A stretch of DNA of 53,921 nucleotides. Origin: an uncultured bacterium. GTDB taxonomy: Bacteria; Patescibacteriota; Minisyncoccia; Phycocordibacterales; GWA1-40-21. The notes beneath the pieces were generated by a model that worked only from the letters and a program-made list of their open reading frames with translations, was not told the origin of the DNA and did no database searches. Positions 18,432 through 28,630 of the stretch are shown piece after piece. Each line of letters opens with the position of its first letter. Within the stretch, counting starts at the first letter, position 1. Location: NCBI GenBank assembly GCA_903822075.1, contig CAIJNK010000016.1, positions 1 to 53,921 on the forward strand. The letters run 5' to 3'. Made by a program: the position numbers and the translations under genes.

Positions 18432-18812
18432 ATGATAGACAACGCCAAACTTTGGGCCGAAGGCCGGTATGTAGATTTATGGACTGTTCCGCATATCTTA
18501 GCGGGTGTAATTTTGGCCGCGGTTTTTAACTGGCTAGGAATTTCCTTCTGGCTGAATCTTCTCTTATCCTCCATTCTAATTATTAGCTGGGAATTTTTTG
18601 AATTACACTTTCTAAACGTTCACGAACACCTTTCAAACAAAGTCATGGATGTAGTGACCGGCTGGTTGGGTTTCTTTGTCATGTATATATTCATCGTTAA
18701 ATTTGGTATAACCGCAATAATTCCCTATCTCGTAGCCCTAACAGTTTTCTATCTGCTTTTGAATGCTTGGGGTTTTCTAGCTTACAAAAGAAGAAGATTA
18801 AATCAATTTTAA
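18432..18812 (+). CDS. Small integral membrane protein
   Basis: 4 TM with polar intramembrane residues (PH...WEFFE...N..MD), reminiscent of VanZ/DUF2238-like proteins; 4-nt gaps on both sides. Confidence 0.65.
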   Translation: MIDNAKLWAEGRYVDLWTVPHILAGVILAAVFNWLGISFWLNLLLSSILIISWEFFELHFLNVHEHLSNKVMDVVTGWLGFFVMYIFIVKFGITAIIPYLVALTVFYLLLNAWGFLAYKRRRLNQF

Positions 18813-18816
18813 TAAC

Positions 18817-19389
18817 ATGCGTAAAATAATTTTCGATATCGAAACAGATGGAATTATTACTAATGTTGGTTCAAAGCAAGTCTTCCCAACCATGTATATT
18901 GTCTGCATCTATGACTCCTTGACCGATAAATATTCAAGTTACACCAAGGAACAGCTGAAAGATTTGTGGCCTATTTTGGAGAAAGCAGATTTGCTCATCG
19001 GTTATAACAGTGACAGTTTTGATGTTCCGATTTTGAACCGGTATTATTCCGGAGATTTGAGCAAGATTGCCAGTTTGGATTTATTATCTGAAATAAAAAA
19101 ATCCCTGGGTTATCGCATAAAAATGGACAGCGTGGCCGAAGCCACTTTGGGCCGAAAAAAGACCGGGCATGGCCTGGAAGCGATGGAGTGGTGGAAGCAG
19201 GGCCGATATGATGATGTGATTAAATACTGTACGGAAGACGTCCGCATTACTAAAGATATTTACGAATATGCTCTGAAAAACGGCGTCTTGAAATTCAAGG
19301 ACGGCAACACGGTGAAGGACATAAAACTAGACACTTCCAAATGGAATAAGAAAAGTGATTCTGCAATTACCCACACGTTGTTTGGATAG
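18817..19389 (+). CDS. RNase H-like DEDD 3'-5' exonuclease (YprB-like)
   Basis: FDIET, GYNSDSFD, YCTEDV motifs. Confidence 0.85.
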   Translation: MRKIIFDIETDGIITNVGSKQVFPTMYIVCIYDSLTDKYSSYTKEQLKDLWPILEKADLLIGYNSDSFDVPILNRYYSGDLSKIASLDLLSEIKKSLGYRIKMDSVAEATLGRKKTGHGLEAMEWWKQGRYDDVIKYCTEDVRITKDIYEYALKNGVLKFKDGNTVKDIKLDTSKWNKKSDSAITHTLFG

Positions 19390-19400
19390 TTTCTCTTTTC

Positions 19401-20276
19401 CTAGCGACTAGCAAAATTATGCGAGCTTAAAGTTTCAGCGTAGAGCTTGCCTACATCCATCGCCGTAAGGGCTTTTGTATATATAGCCGGATCATCAATA
19501 AGACCGTCAAAGGCTCCTGTTGAACCTAAATCCCAAGGATTGCTGTATGGATACTGTGCACTAATAGATAGAGCAACATTCCAATCTGAATTTACCCAAG
19601 TGCTTATCAGCTGTTTCCCTGAAGCCCTAAGCGCTCCGTCAACATAAATGTTTACGTTTCTTGAATCGTCAAAAGTGACGGTTAAGAATGACCATTTCCC
19701 TTTTGAGAAAACTGCCGGAGTTGCCAATAAGTAAGTACTATCTCCCTGAAGCCAGACTGTAACAGACCCGTTAGGCATATACTTAATATAATAATTATAC
19801 TCTCCGCCACCATTCCAAGGTTTTGAAAAAAGGTAACCGCCGTCATTTTCGGTAGAATTTGGTTTTATCCAAATAGCCAAGGTCATGTTACCGCCTTTAT
19901 ATTTGAAGTCCGGCTTGTCATTAATTCTTAAGTAATTATTTGAACCGTTAAGGGACACCGAGGAACCGGTTGACCAGGGAGAATCTGTTGACCAGTTTGT
20001 GAGACCTTGATAAAACATAAGAGTGGCCGTATTGCCATTTCCACTGGAATCAGTCAAAGAAGAACCTGTCCCCTCATCTAAATGCCACGCGCTTGCTGTC
20101 ATGTCCGCCTCAGCGTGGTAGACATTCGCGGAAAACTGCTTGGCACTACTTAGGCGAGCTTTTTCTTTAGCACTATTTAAGGAAGGAAGGATAATCGATA
20201 ATAATAGCGAAATAATGGAAAGCACCACCAATAATTCAATAAGGGTAAAGCCTCGTTTTAAACCTTTAATACTCAT
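19401..20276 (-). CDS. Prepilin-type protein with LamG/ConA-like lectin domain
   Basis: KRG/FTLIELLVV; WHLDEGTG..DSSGNGN, W.FLTVT, YVDG, FDGLIDD..IY.KAL. Start moved to ATG 6 nt after TATAAT. Confidence 0.88.
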   Translation of the reverse strand: MSIKGLKRGFTLIELLVVLSIISLLLSIILPSLNSAKEKARLSSAKQFSANVYHAEADMTASAWHLDEGTGSSLTDSSGNGNTATLMFYQGLTNWSTDSPWSTGSSVSLNGSNNYLRINDKPDFKYKGGNMTLAIWIKPNSTENDGGYLFSKPWNGGGEYNYYIKYMPNGSVTVWLQGDSTYLLATPAVFSKGKWSFLTVTFDDSRNVNIYVDGALRASGKQLISTWVNSDWNVALSISAQYPYSNPWDLGSTGAFDGLIDDPAIYTKALTAMDVGKLYAETLSSHNFASR

Positions 20277-20335
20277 ACGTCTATTATACGTCATTGACTA
20301 AAATTGACCAAAAGTTTATGGGGTAAGTAAAACTC

Positions 20336-21190
20336 TTAACTATTGAGAAATAATAGGATAACAATCGCTAGAATAATCCGATAAATCCCAAAATAATTTA
20401 GAGAGTGATTTTTTAGGAATTTAAGGAGAAAGTGGATAGCAAAGAGGCCGGAAAGAAAGGCAAACAGGCTGGCCCAGAGGATGGAGGAACCTTGGGAGGT
20501 GAGACCACCGGATTTTATGATTTCCAAAAGTTTTAAGAGTCCGGAACCTAAGATAACCGGCAATGACAACAGGAAGGAAAAGCGAACCGCCGTTTCCCTG
20601 TTCAAATCAAGAAGCAGTCCGCCAGAAATGGTAGCGCCGGAACGGGAAAAACCGGGGAGTAGAGCCAAACACTGAAAACAACCAATCCAAAAACCTTTTT
20701 TCGGAGAAACGCCATAAGAACTCTCGGAGCGATTAGGTACTTCGTTAAGCAAGGAGAGTTCTTCTGATGTTTCTCTAATAAATTTTCTTTCCGCAAAATA
20801 AAATAGAATACTGCCGGCAATAAGAGAAATAGCAACAATCCAAGTCCCCCGGAAAACAGTGTCCATATATTTTTGTAACAACAAACCAAGAATAACAGCC
20901 GGGATGGAACCGATAATTATCGGTGAGATCAGGTTTTTGTATTTTTCCTCGGCCGGTTTTTTGGACACCCACGCGAATAAGGCAATAAGGATATTCATTA
21001 TGTCTCTCCAAAAATAACAGACTACCGCCAAACCGGCGGCGAGCTGAATAATGGCATCAAAGGACAGCGTGCCGGTAAGTGGCAAACCCATGATCTTTCT
21101 CGCCACTATCAAATGCCCGGATGAAGAAATAGGGATAAATTCGGTCAGACCTTCGACTAAACCTAAGATACTTGAATGTAAAAAATTCAT
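20336..21190 (-). CDS. uppP: Undecaprenyl-diphosphatase BacA
   Basis: GLVEGLTEFIPISSSGHL and PGFSRSGATI motifs. Confidence 0.95.
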   Translation of the reverse strand: MNFLHSSILGLVEGLTEFIPISSSGHLIVARKIMGLPLTGTLSFDAIIQLAAGLAVVCYFWRDIMNILIALFAWVSKKPAEEKYKNLISPIIIGSIPAVILGLLLQKYMDTVFRGTWIVAISLIAGSILFYFAERKFIRETSEELSLLNEVPNRSESSYGVSPKKGFWIGCFQCLALLPGFSRSGATISGGLLLDLNRETAVRFSFLLSLPVILGSGLLKLLEIIKSGGLTSQGSSILWASLFAFLSGLFAIHFLLKFLKNHSLNYFGIYRIILAIVILLFLNS

Positions 21191-21213
21191 AGTGACCATC
21201 TTAACATATAATC

Positions 21214-21243
21214 TAAAGGCCGTCCTTGCGGGGACAGCCTTAA
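21214..21243 (-). terminator. Hairpin after orphan gene
   Basis: AAGGC-CGTCC-TTGC-GGGGAC-AGCCTT. Confidence 0.55.
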
Positions 21244-21250
21244 CCTTTCC

Positions 21251-21562
21251 TTATTTGAGCACTTGACCATTGATAGTTACTGATCTTTGACTCAGATCGA
21301 TAACCACTTCCAGTCCATCAAGACTAAGAGTCATTGACGATCCAGTCTGACGCTCAAGAAGAGCTTGAATGTTACCAGTAAGCTCTGCCAGAGCAGACTT
21401 ATCGAGCAACAACTGTCCCGAACGGTCAGCAGGGATACCCCTCGGCCTCAATCCGGGCAGAACATCATCCATGATGACGTGAAGCCTCATGTCATAAGAG
21501 CAACTAATCTCTCTCACCATACCGGCATGAGTGATCGGAGGTATATCTTTATCATTCGCCAT
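21251..21562 (-). CDS. Orphan hypothetical protein
   Basis: SD AAGGAG before ATG 21562; own promoter-like sequence and hairpin. Confidence 0.65.
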   Translation of the reverse strand: MANDKDIPPITHAGMVREISCSYDMRLHVIMDDVLPGLRPRGIPADRSGQLLLDKSALAELTGNIQALLERQTGSSMTLSLDGLEVVIDLSQRSVTINGQVLK

Positions 21563-21646
21563 AAAATGCTCTCCTTGTAAAAAACTGAGAAATAACAACC
21601 CAAGCAATTATTTCACACTATCCCTTTAAAGCAAAGATTGACAAAA

Positions 21647-24600
21647 TCAGCTCAACAAATCTTCTTCAAAAGCCTTGATACCCTCCACATTCTTGGAATA
21701 TTTACTGACGTCCGGCAAATCCAAGTTCATGATTTTCTGGTAGACAACACTGATTAGCTTTTTCAATCGGTCCACCTCCTCAGTGGTTATTTCCTTTTGC
21801 AAAGAAATTGTCCGCCCATCTTTAGGCTCAATAAAATCCAGCCGTCCTTTGGTGACTTTTAATTTATCGGCCAGTTGCCGAGAATCCTCCACTAAAATCT
21901 TATAGTAGGTGAGTTGTCTTTGGTAATCAAGACTTTTTTTCTTTTTATACGGATCACCTTCTTCCCAGGATTGCAGTGGCTTACCGGTCTTATAATCCAG
22001 CACTTCACACTGTCCCAGTCCCAAATCAATAATCCGATCAATCTTTCCCGACAAATGTGCTCCATCCACCAAAACTCCCTGTTCTTTGAAATCAAACTCC
22101 ACTATGTCCTTGTTGGTAAAAGTACTTTTACGGGATTCAAAATAGACGGCCAGGTCCGAATAACCCTTACTAATATAAAAATCAAAATCGCGTGGCGCCA
22201 AACGTTCCTTTTTCAAAAAATCTCCAAACCAAGAAAGGAGCTCCTTCGGTTCCGGCAAGCAATTTTCATTTTTTAAATATCGAGAAATTTTTTCTAAGGT
22301 GTGGTGCACGGCTGAACCATAAGAGCTTGGGCCAGTTTTGGCTTGAGGGAAATGTAGAAGGTTTTGTTCTAGCCAATATTGCGGTCCGCCTTTTTCCACA
22401 TCCAAAAAATTATTCAAATGAGTGATTGGCATCTGATAGTCGGTGAGCAAGGATTTTAGTAATTTTTCTTCCGAACCCATAAAAGGTGGAGTGTGGTACG
22501 ACAGCCAAGAAGCCGTCAACACCTCGTGTGCCTCCGGCACTTCCTCGTTTTCTTTTTCAACCGGTCCGAAATATACCTGACGTAAGGCTTCATTTTTCAT
22601 TACCGCTTCCTCACCCTCCTCAGCAATCAAGAAGCGCAGTTTGTCCGAACTCCCACCGTCTTCTTTTTGAAGATATGAAGTTAAATACAGATTCACTTTG
22701 GCACGCGTCAGGGCTACGTAGAACAAGCGGAGTTGGTCATCCTCAGTATCCCCAGCCGGCCGAACAGGCAGATTACTCGGTAAAGTCAATTTATTTGGTA
22801 CTGGCCGTCCAGCCCAAACGTCTTCCTGACAAGACAAAACAAAAACCGTTTCAAATTCCAAACCTTTGGCTTTGTGAGCGGTTAAAAGATTCACCGCTCC
22901 ACCGAGCTTGGCAAAAGGACTTTGATCATTCAGGGCGATATTATTCTTTTCGTGCAAGTCAGTAAATTCTACCAAATCCTTGAGGGATAATATCTCCCCC
23001 ACTTTATATTCCCGCAGAGCATTTACAAAAACACGCAGACTCGATAGAAATGCCAGGTATTCCGCTTGGGCATGCTCAAATTTTTTCTTGTTGAAATAAT
23101 AGTCCTTGAAATTTCCACTGATCATTTTATCCAACACTTGCTCCAACGGTTCAACCTGCGCCACTGTCCCAAGATCAATCAAGAACTTCGCAATTCCGAC
23201 CACTCTTTTATCAGCTGAATCAAGCATAACCTGGAGCCAGGTTTGACCTAACTCTCCCCGTCTTGCCGCCAAAGATATTCGCCAAACCGCTTCCCTATCT
23301 ACTTGCCAAAAAGGGAAACTTAAGATCTGCGGCAAATATTCATCCGCTTCATCCGTATTTTTATCCGCCAAAGTCTTCACAAATTTAGCCAGAATAATCA
23401 ACTGGGCAATGTGCGGCTCTTTGAAAACATTCTGCTCGCGTTCATAGCAGATCGGAACGCCTACCGCCTGCAAATACGGCACGAGCGCCTGAAGCTGCTT
23501 ATGCTTACGGGCAATCACCGCCATGTCCTCCGGTTGTTCACCAGCATCTATTTTCTTCTTGATTTCCCGAGAAATAAAATGATACTCATGGGCTTGGGTA
23601 GGAAACTCTTTCTGCTTAATGTTTCCCTTCTTTAATTTTGGGTTTGAAGATACCAGATTTTTCTCAATTTCCGGCAGTAATTTTTCCAATCTCTCTTCTC
23701 CCTTCTTGATGATATGCGAAGCCACGTCCAGAATATCTTGCGTGGAGCGGTAATTGTCTGTCATGGTTACTATCTCCACGTCCTTGAATAATTTCTTAAA
23801 ATTCAAAATGTTGGACAGCTCCGCCCCTTGGAATTTATACACCGCCTGATCATCATCGCCCACCGCCATGATATTGGGTCGGCCTTCATTGACTGGCGCA
23901 TCCGTAATATAGCGAAGCAGGCGCATCTGGGCGTCATTGGTATCCTGAAATTCATCCACTAAAACATACTGATATTGCTCCTGAATTTCATAACGTAAAC
24001 TCCGATTATTTTTTAAAGCTGTGACCACGTCCAAAATCATGTCATCAAAATCATAGTAACCTTTACCATACATTGTCGTCCGGTATTTAGTGTAAATATC
24101 CGCCACTGCGAGCATTTTCATTATATTCAATGAATCACGGAGCAAGCTTTGGCCATCATTATCTTTACGTAACCACTTTTGCTTCCAGGCGCTTAAGGGA
24201 GTCATCTTTCCCACCTTAATTGCTTCATCTACTGCCAATTTTAACGATTCAGTGATAACAACCGATACCGGTGAGAAAAATTCTGAAACAAAATCTTTCT
24301 TGTCTTCCGCAGCAATCGTAAGCAACCGGTCCACAGCTTCACCGATTTTATTCAAATTATCTTTTGCCAACCGATCAGACAAATGAGCGCTAATAACAGA
24401 ATCTATTTTAGCCAGGGATTTTTGATTATGTTTTAAAATTTTCTCAAACTCTTCCGGGTCCAAACCGGCCTTTTTTAAATAACCAACAACTGCTAGAACA
24501 TCTCTCAGGTAGACAAAACCTTGTTCGGGATGATAAGAGGATAAAGGATGGTCATGCGGCATTTTTTCAAAAATTTCTTCCATGATTTGCACCTGAGCCA

Positions 24601-24949
24601 GCTCATCCGCGGGTGAAAAAAAAGCGCCGCCGTAAAAATACTGCGGATAGCGTTGAATTATCTCCACGCAAAAATTATGAAAGGTGTGGATGGCCACGCG
24701 GTAAGCCTCACCGCCAATGAGTCCAGAGAGCCTTTTCCGCATATTCACAGTGGCCGATTCGGTAAAAGTCAGACACAAGATATTAGACGCCAGAACCTGT
24801 GTTTGCTCCAAAATGTTTCCCACTCGCAAACTCAATATTTCCGTCTTTCCGCTTCCCGGCCCCGCCACCACCAAAAGCGGCCCCTCAATGGTATCCACCG
24901 CCTTTTTCTGCTTCTTATTCAATTGAGCGTAGCGTTCTTTAAAAGTCAT
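21647..24949 (-). CDS. UvrD/PcrA-family helicase fused to a C-terminal PD-(D/E)XK nuclease (AddA/Adn-like)
   Basis: AGPGSGKT, VDEFQD, VGDDDQAVY, NYRS, TAHKAKGLEF, YVALTRA; nuclease GKIDRI...LDYKTG, QLTYY. Confidence 0.92.
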   Translation of the reverse strand: MTFKERYAQLNKKQKKAVDTIEGPLLVVAGPGSGKTEILSLRVGNILEQTQVLASNILCLTFTESATVNMRKRLSGLIGGEAYRVAIHTFHNFCVEIIQRYPQYFYGGAFFSPADELAQVQIMEEIFEKMPHDHPLSSYHPEQGFVYLRDVLAVVGYLKKAGLDPEEFEKILKHNQKSLAKIDSVISAHLSDRLAKDNLNKIGEAVDRLLTIAAEDKKDFVSEFFSPVSVVITESLKLAVDEAIKVGKMTPLSAWKQKWLRKDNDGQSLLRDSLNIMKMLAVADIYTKYRTTMYGKGYYDFDDMILDVVTALKNNRSLRYEIQEQYQYVLVDEFQDTNDAQMRLLRYITDAPVNEGRPNIMAVGDDDQAVYKFQGAELSNILNFKKLFKDVEIVTMTDNYRSTQDILDVASHIIKKGEERLEKLLPEIEKNLVSSNPKLKKGNIKQKEFPTQAHEYHFISREIKKKIDAGEQPEDMAVIARKHKQLQALVPYLQAVGVPICYEREQNVFKEPHIAQLIILAKFVKTLADKNTDEADEYLPQILSFPFWQVDREAVWRISLAARRGELGQTWLQVMLDSADKRVVGIAKFLIDLGTVAQVEPLEQVLDKMISGNFKDYYFNKKKFEHAQAEYLAFLSSLRVFVNALREYKVGEILSLKDLVEFTDLHEKNNIALNDQSPFAKLGGAVNLLTAHKAKGLEFETVFVLSCQEDVWAGRPVPNKLTLPSNLPVRPAGDTEDDQLRLFYVALTRAKVNLYLTSYLQKEDGGSSDKLRFLIAEEGEEAVMKNEALRQVYFGPVEKENEEVPEAHEVLTASWLSYHTPPFMGSEEKLLKSLLTDYQMPITHLNNFLDVEKGGPQYWLEQNLLHFPQAKTGPSSYGSAVHHTLEKISRYLKNENCLPEPKELLSWFGDFLKKERLAPRDFDFYISKGYSDLAVYFESRKSTFTNKDIVEFDFKEQGVLVDGAHLSGKIDRIIDLGLGQCEVLDYKTGKPLQSWEEGDPYKKKKSLDYQRQLTYYKILVEDSRQLADKLKVTKGRLDFIEPKDGRTISLQKEITTEEVDRLKKLISVVYQKIMNLDLPDVSKYSKNVEGIKAFEEDLLS

Positions 24950-24999
24950 GCGATCATTATAGCTTGTTATAAAATAAAAAGGAAAGTATAATAAATAAC

Positions 25000-25569
25000 A
25001 TGTTTAAACCATTTGCTGAAAGAAGCAACGACAAAATGAAGGAGGTCTTAATGAGTCCGGGAATAACTGGACCAGAGGTTCATTATTATATGATCCGGGG
25101 CGGTAAAGATAAGACCAATATTACTGTCTGGGAAACCGGAATGGTGGACGGTGAATACATTAAAACTTACGGTCATTACCATGTTGGTAATATTTCCGAG
25201 ACTTATTCTATTATCCAAGGTACCGGTATTTTACTTCTGCAAAAGAGAAAAGTTAGTATTGATGGTTTACCAATAGATGATGAGATTGAAAGTTTCAAAG
25301 CCTTAAAGGTTAAAACAGGTGACAAGATTTTTATAGAGCCAGAAATTGGACATCTGATTGTAAATACCGGCAATATTTGGCTGGTCACTTCCGACGACAG
25401 CCCTGTTTACCCTGATGATGTTGATCCGGCCGGCCTGCCCGGGCACGCAGATTATAAGGCGGTGCAAAAAATGGGCGGCTTTGCCTACTTTGTCGTGGAA
25501 AAAGAGGGTGTCCCCACTCTTGTCATAAATCCCAAATATAAAATAATCCCTAAAGCTATTATCGAATAA
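25000..25569 (+). CDS. pgiA: Cupin-type (archaeal-like) glucose-6-phosphate isomerase
   Basis: GEYIKTYGHYH, ETY..IQG.G..LLQ, GHLIVNTG, GGFAYF; next to glycogen genes. Confidence 0.75.
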   Translation: MFKPFAERSNDKMKEVLMSPGITGPEVHYYMIRGGKDKTNITVWETGMVDGEYIKTYGHYHVGNISETYSIIQGTGILLLQKRKVSIDGLPIDDEIESFKALKVKTGDKIFIEPEIGHLIVNTGNIWLVTSDDSPVYPDDVDPAGLPGHADYKAVQKMGGFAYFVVEKEGVPTLVINPKYKIIPKAIIE

Positions 25570-25589
25570 ATATGTTATAATGTCAGCCT

Positions 25590-27125
25590 ATGGCATTTTT
25601 ATTCAAAAAAACAAAAAAGAAAATCCTATTTGTTGCGCCTGAAGCCGCTCCTTTTGTTAAAGCCGGTGGTCTAGGTGAAGTAGTCTTCGCTTTGCCGCGC
25701 GCCCTTGAGGATATAGGCTACGATGTAAGAGTGATGATCCCCCTTTACGCCAGCGTTGATAAAGATAGATTCAAACTTATAATGGAGTATTCTGGTCTCG
25801 AAGTACCAACCGGAGCCAATGGCGACAATCCGAATGAACCTAGCTACCTGGTATGTAATGTTAAAAAATATATTCCGGATGATACCAAAATCGATCATAT
25901 ACCGGTTACCACATACTTTTTGGAAAACCAGGAATATTATGAGAAACGATCAAACGTTTATGGTTACAGTGATGATGTTATACGTTGGAATCTTTTAAGT
26001 CGCGGTGTCCTGGAGTTTCTTCGTCTGGATAAAGACTGGCTGCCAGATATCATCGTATCTAATGATTGGCAAACTGGGTTTTTGCCAAACTACCTAAAGA
26101 CCGTTTACAAAGACGATCCACTTTTGTCAAAAATATCTACTGTCTTTGTTATTCACAACCTGTATTATCAAGGCATGTTTGACCACCGATACGTGTCAGA
26201 ACTTGACTACGATGATGGTCAATCACTAATTCCTTCTTTTTTTGACCCACGCATCTATAAGATAAACGGCATGCGACGCGGGATTATGTATAGCGACAAA
26301 ATAAACACTGTTTCGCCTACTTATTCCCGAGAGATAATGACCAAAGATTACGGTGAGCTTTTAGACGATCTATTACAGGAAAAGCGAGCTCATGTCTCAG
26401 GTGTGTTAAATGGCATTGATTATGAATCATTAAATCCGGAAACAGATGCTAACCTAGTGTCCAATTATAATTTTGGAAATTTAGAAGAAAGAGAGAAAAA
26501 TAAATTAGAACTACAAGCCCGATTTAACCTTCCTCAAAATAAAAATATTCCTCTCCTCTGCATCGCTTCTCGCTTTGTCGAGCAAAAGGGTTTTGATTTA
26601 TTTTTTCCAGTATTGGAATCAATTATAAAAGAACTTGAAATTCAACTGGTGGTACTCGGTTCAGGAGACAATAAATACATGGGTTACTTCAAAGAGTTAG
26701 CAGAGAAACTGCCGGACCAAGTTGGAGTGCATTTGAGTTTTGATACTACGTTGCCGCGACTCATTTACGGTGGAGCAGACATTATCCTTATACCGTCAAA
26801 ATTTGAACCATGTGGTCTGACCCAGATAGAAGCCATGCGTTATGGCGTAATCCCGATCATCCGTAAGACTGGCGGTTTAGCAGATTCCGTTATGGATTTT
26901 AATCCGACAACCGGTAAAGGCACTGGTTTTAGTTTTAACCATTTTGACTCCCTATCTCTAGCCCTGACTATTGCCCGCGCCGTGGAAAATTATAAGAACA
27001 AACCTCTATGGAAGAAGATTCAGAAACAGGCTATGCAGGAAGATTTTTCTTGGTCCAAATCAGCCTTGGAATATTCGAGGTTATTTAGCAAAGCCCTAGC
27101 TCTGCATAAGAATAATAAAAAATAA
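25590..27125 (+). CDS. glgA: Glycogen synthase (GT5)
   Basis: PFVKAGGLGEV, NDWQT, IHNL.YQG, TVSPTY, PSKFEPCGLTQ, TGGLADSV. Confidence 0.95.
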   Translation: MAFLFKKTKKKILFVAPEAAPFVKAGGLGEVVFALPRALEDIGYDVRVMIPLYASVDKDRFKLIMEYSGLEVPTGANGDNPNEPSYLVCNVKKYIPDDTKIDHIPVTTYFLENQEYYEKRSNVYGYSDDVIRWNLLSRGVLEFLRLDKDWLPDIIVSNDWQTGFLPNYLKTVYKDDPLLSKISTVFVIHNLYYQGMFDHRYVSELDYDDGQSLIPSFFDPRIYKINGMRRGIMYSDKINTVSPTYSREIMTKDYGELLDDLLQEKRAHVSGVLNGIDYESLNPETDANLVSNYNFGNLEEREKNKLELQARFNLPQNKNIPLLCIASRFVEQKGFDLFFPVLESIIKELEIQLVVLGSGDNKYMGYFKELAEKLPDQVGVHLSFDTTLPRLIYGGADIILIPSKFEPCGLTQIEAMRYGVIPIIRKTGGLADSVMDFNPTTGKGTGFSFNHFDSLSLALTIARAVENYKNKPLWKKIQKQAMQEDFSWSKSALEYSRLFSKALALHKNNKK

Positions 27126-27127
27126 AT

Positions 27128-28621
27128 ATGAAATGGGCCAACTTTTTGCATATCTATCAACCATTTGATCAGCAGCCAGATATTCTGGAATCAATCGTCG
27201 CCCAAAGCTATCGACCAATTTTGGAGAACCTCAGAAAAAATAAAGAGGTTCATCTGACTCTCAATATCAACGGTGCCCTTTTGGAACTATTTGATAAGTA
27301 TGGCTATCACGATTTGATAGAAATAATGAAGGAAGTTGGTCTTGAGGGCCGTTTAGAATTTACCGGTTCAGCCAAATACCATGCCTTTTTACCATTTTTA
27401 AACAAGGAAGAGATTATTCGACAGATAAAAATGAATGATGAAACTAACAAGTTTTATTTGGGTGAAGCTTACAAACCACAAGGTTTTTTCCCTCCAGAAA
27501 TGGCTTTTAAAGAGGAACTGGTACCGATTATCGAAGAGTGCGGTTTCAAGTGGATAATATTGGATGAAATTGCTTTGAACGGGAAGACGGACAGTGTTGA
27601 TTATACTAAATTATATAAAATAAAAAATTCCTCGTTGCTAGTCTTTTTTCGTGAGCGCCGCATGAGTAACCTGATCATGAGCGCCGTGGTCCGCTCGCCC
27701 GAAACTCTGAAAGAAGCAATGGCCAAGGATATGGCCAGTTCCCGTTATTTAATTACCGCGATGGACGGAGAAACATTTGGCCACCATCGACCAGGTTTGG
27801 AAAAGCTGCTATTCGATATCTTCTCTACCCCGGAATTCAACTTGATTAAAATTTCTGACTTGCCGACTTTTTATAAAGAAATTATTGAAATCACACCGAT
27901 TAAATCCACTTGGGCCAGCAGTCCGGCTGATATAGAAAAGGGTATTCAGTTTTTGTCTTGGTCCGACCCAGAAAACATTATCCATAAATGGCAGTGGGAG
28001 CTGCTTGATCTGGTATTAAAGGAAGTCTATACCATGAGCAAGGACAGTCCATCTTACGCTATCACGAGGAAAATGATGGATAGCGCCCTAGCTTCAGATC
28101 ATTTTTGGTGGGCTTCAGCCAAACCCTGGTGGAGTATGGAAATGATCGAAGATGGAGCTTATCGACTACTGGAGACACTGGGATCCATCCCAAAAGTTCC
28201 TCCCGACATAACCGAAAAGGCAAGTAAACTTTATCAAAACATTGTCTCCCGCGGTTTTAACTGGCAAAGGACCGGTAAAATCCGAGAAATGATGAGTGAG
28301 CAAAGATCAATAGTTCGGATCCCCTTCGCAGACAGAACCATTGGCCGAGGCGGAGCAGAAGCCGGAGTTTATGATGCTTTTATGGAAATGTTTACTGAGC
28401 TCGAGAAGAAAGCTCGAGAAAATCAGGAATATGAAAAAGCGATTCTTTGGCGTGATGCTATCTATAAATTCAAGAATAAACTCGATATTTACGATTCAAT
28501 AAACGCCATAGACCTGTTACGGATTGAAATACCAAACAAAGAAGTGGAAAAAAAGATCGAAGAATACAAAGAGAAATACCGGTCAATCCGGGGCGGACAG
28601 CCGGAGCAAAGAGGTTCATAA
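27128..28621 (+). CDS. Glycoside hydrolase family 57 protein
   Basis: HIYQP, FFPPEMAF (nucleophile Glu), AMDGETFGHH (acid/base Asp), ASDHFWW. Confidence 0.88.
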   Translation: MKWANFLHIYQPFDQQPDILESIVAQSYRPILENLRKNKEVHLTLNINGALLELFDKYGYHDLIEIMKEVGLEGRLEFTGSAKYHAFLPFLNKEEIIRQIKMNDETNKFYLGEAYKPQGFFPPEMAFKEELVPIIEECGFKWIILDEIALNGKTDSVDYTKLYKIKNSSLLVFFRERRMSNLIMSAVVRSPETLKEAMAKDMASSRYLITAMDGETFGHHRPGLEKLLFDIFSTPEFNLIKISDLPTFYKEIIEITPIKSTWASSPADIEKGIQFLSWSDPENIIHKWQWELLDLVLKEVYTMSKDSPSYAITRKMMDSALASDHFWWASAKPWWSMEMIEDGAYRLLETLGSIPKVPPDITEKASKLYQNIVSRGFNWQRTGKIREMMSEQRSIVRIPFADRTIGRGGAEAGVYDAFMEMFTELEKKARENQEYEKAILWRDAIYKFKNKLDIYDSINAIDLLRIEIPNKEVEKKIEEYKEKYRSIRGGQPEQRGS

Positions 28622-28630
28622 ATTTACATA

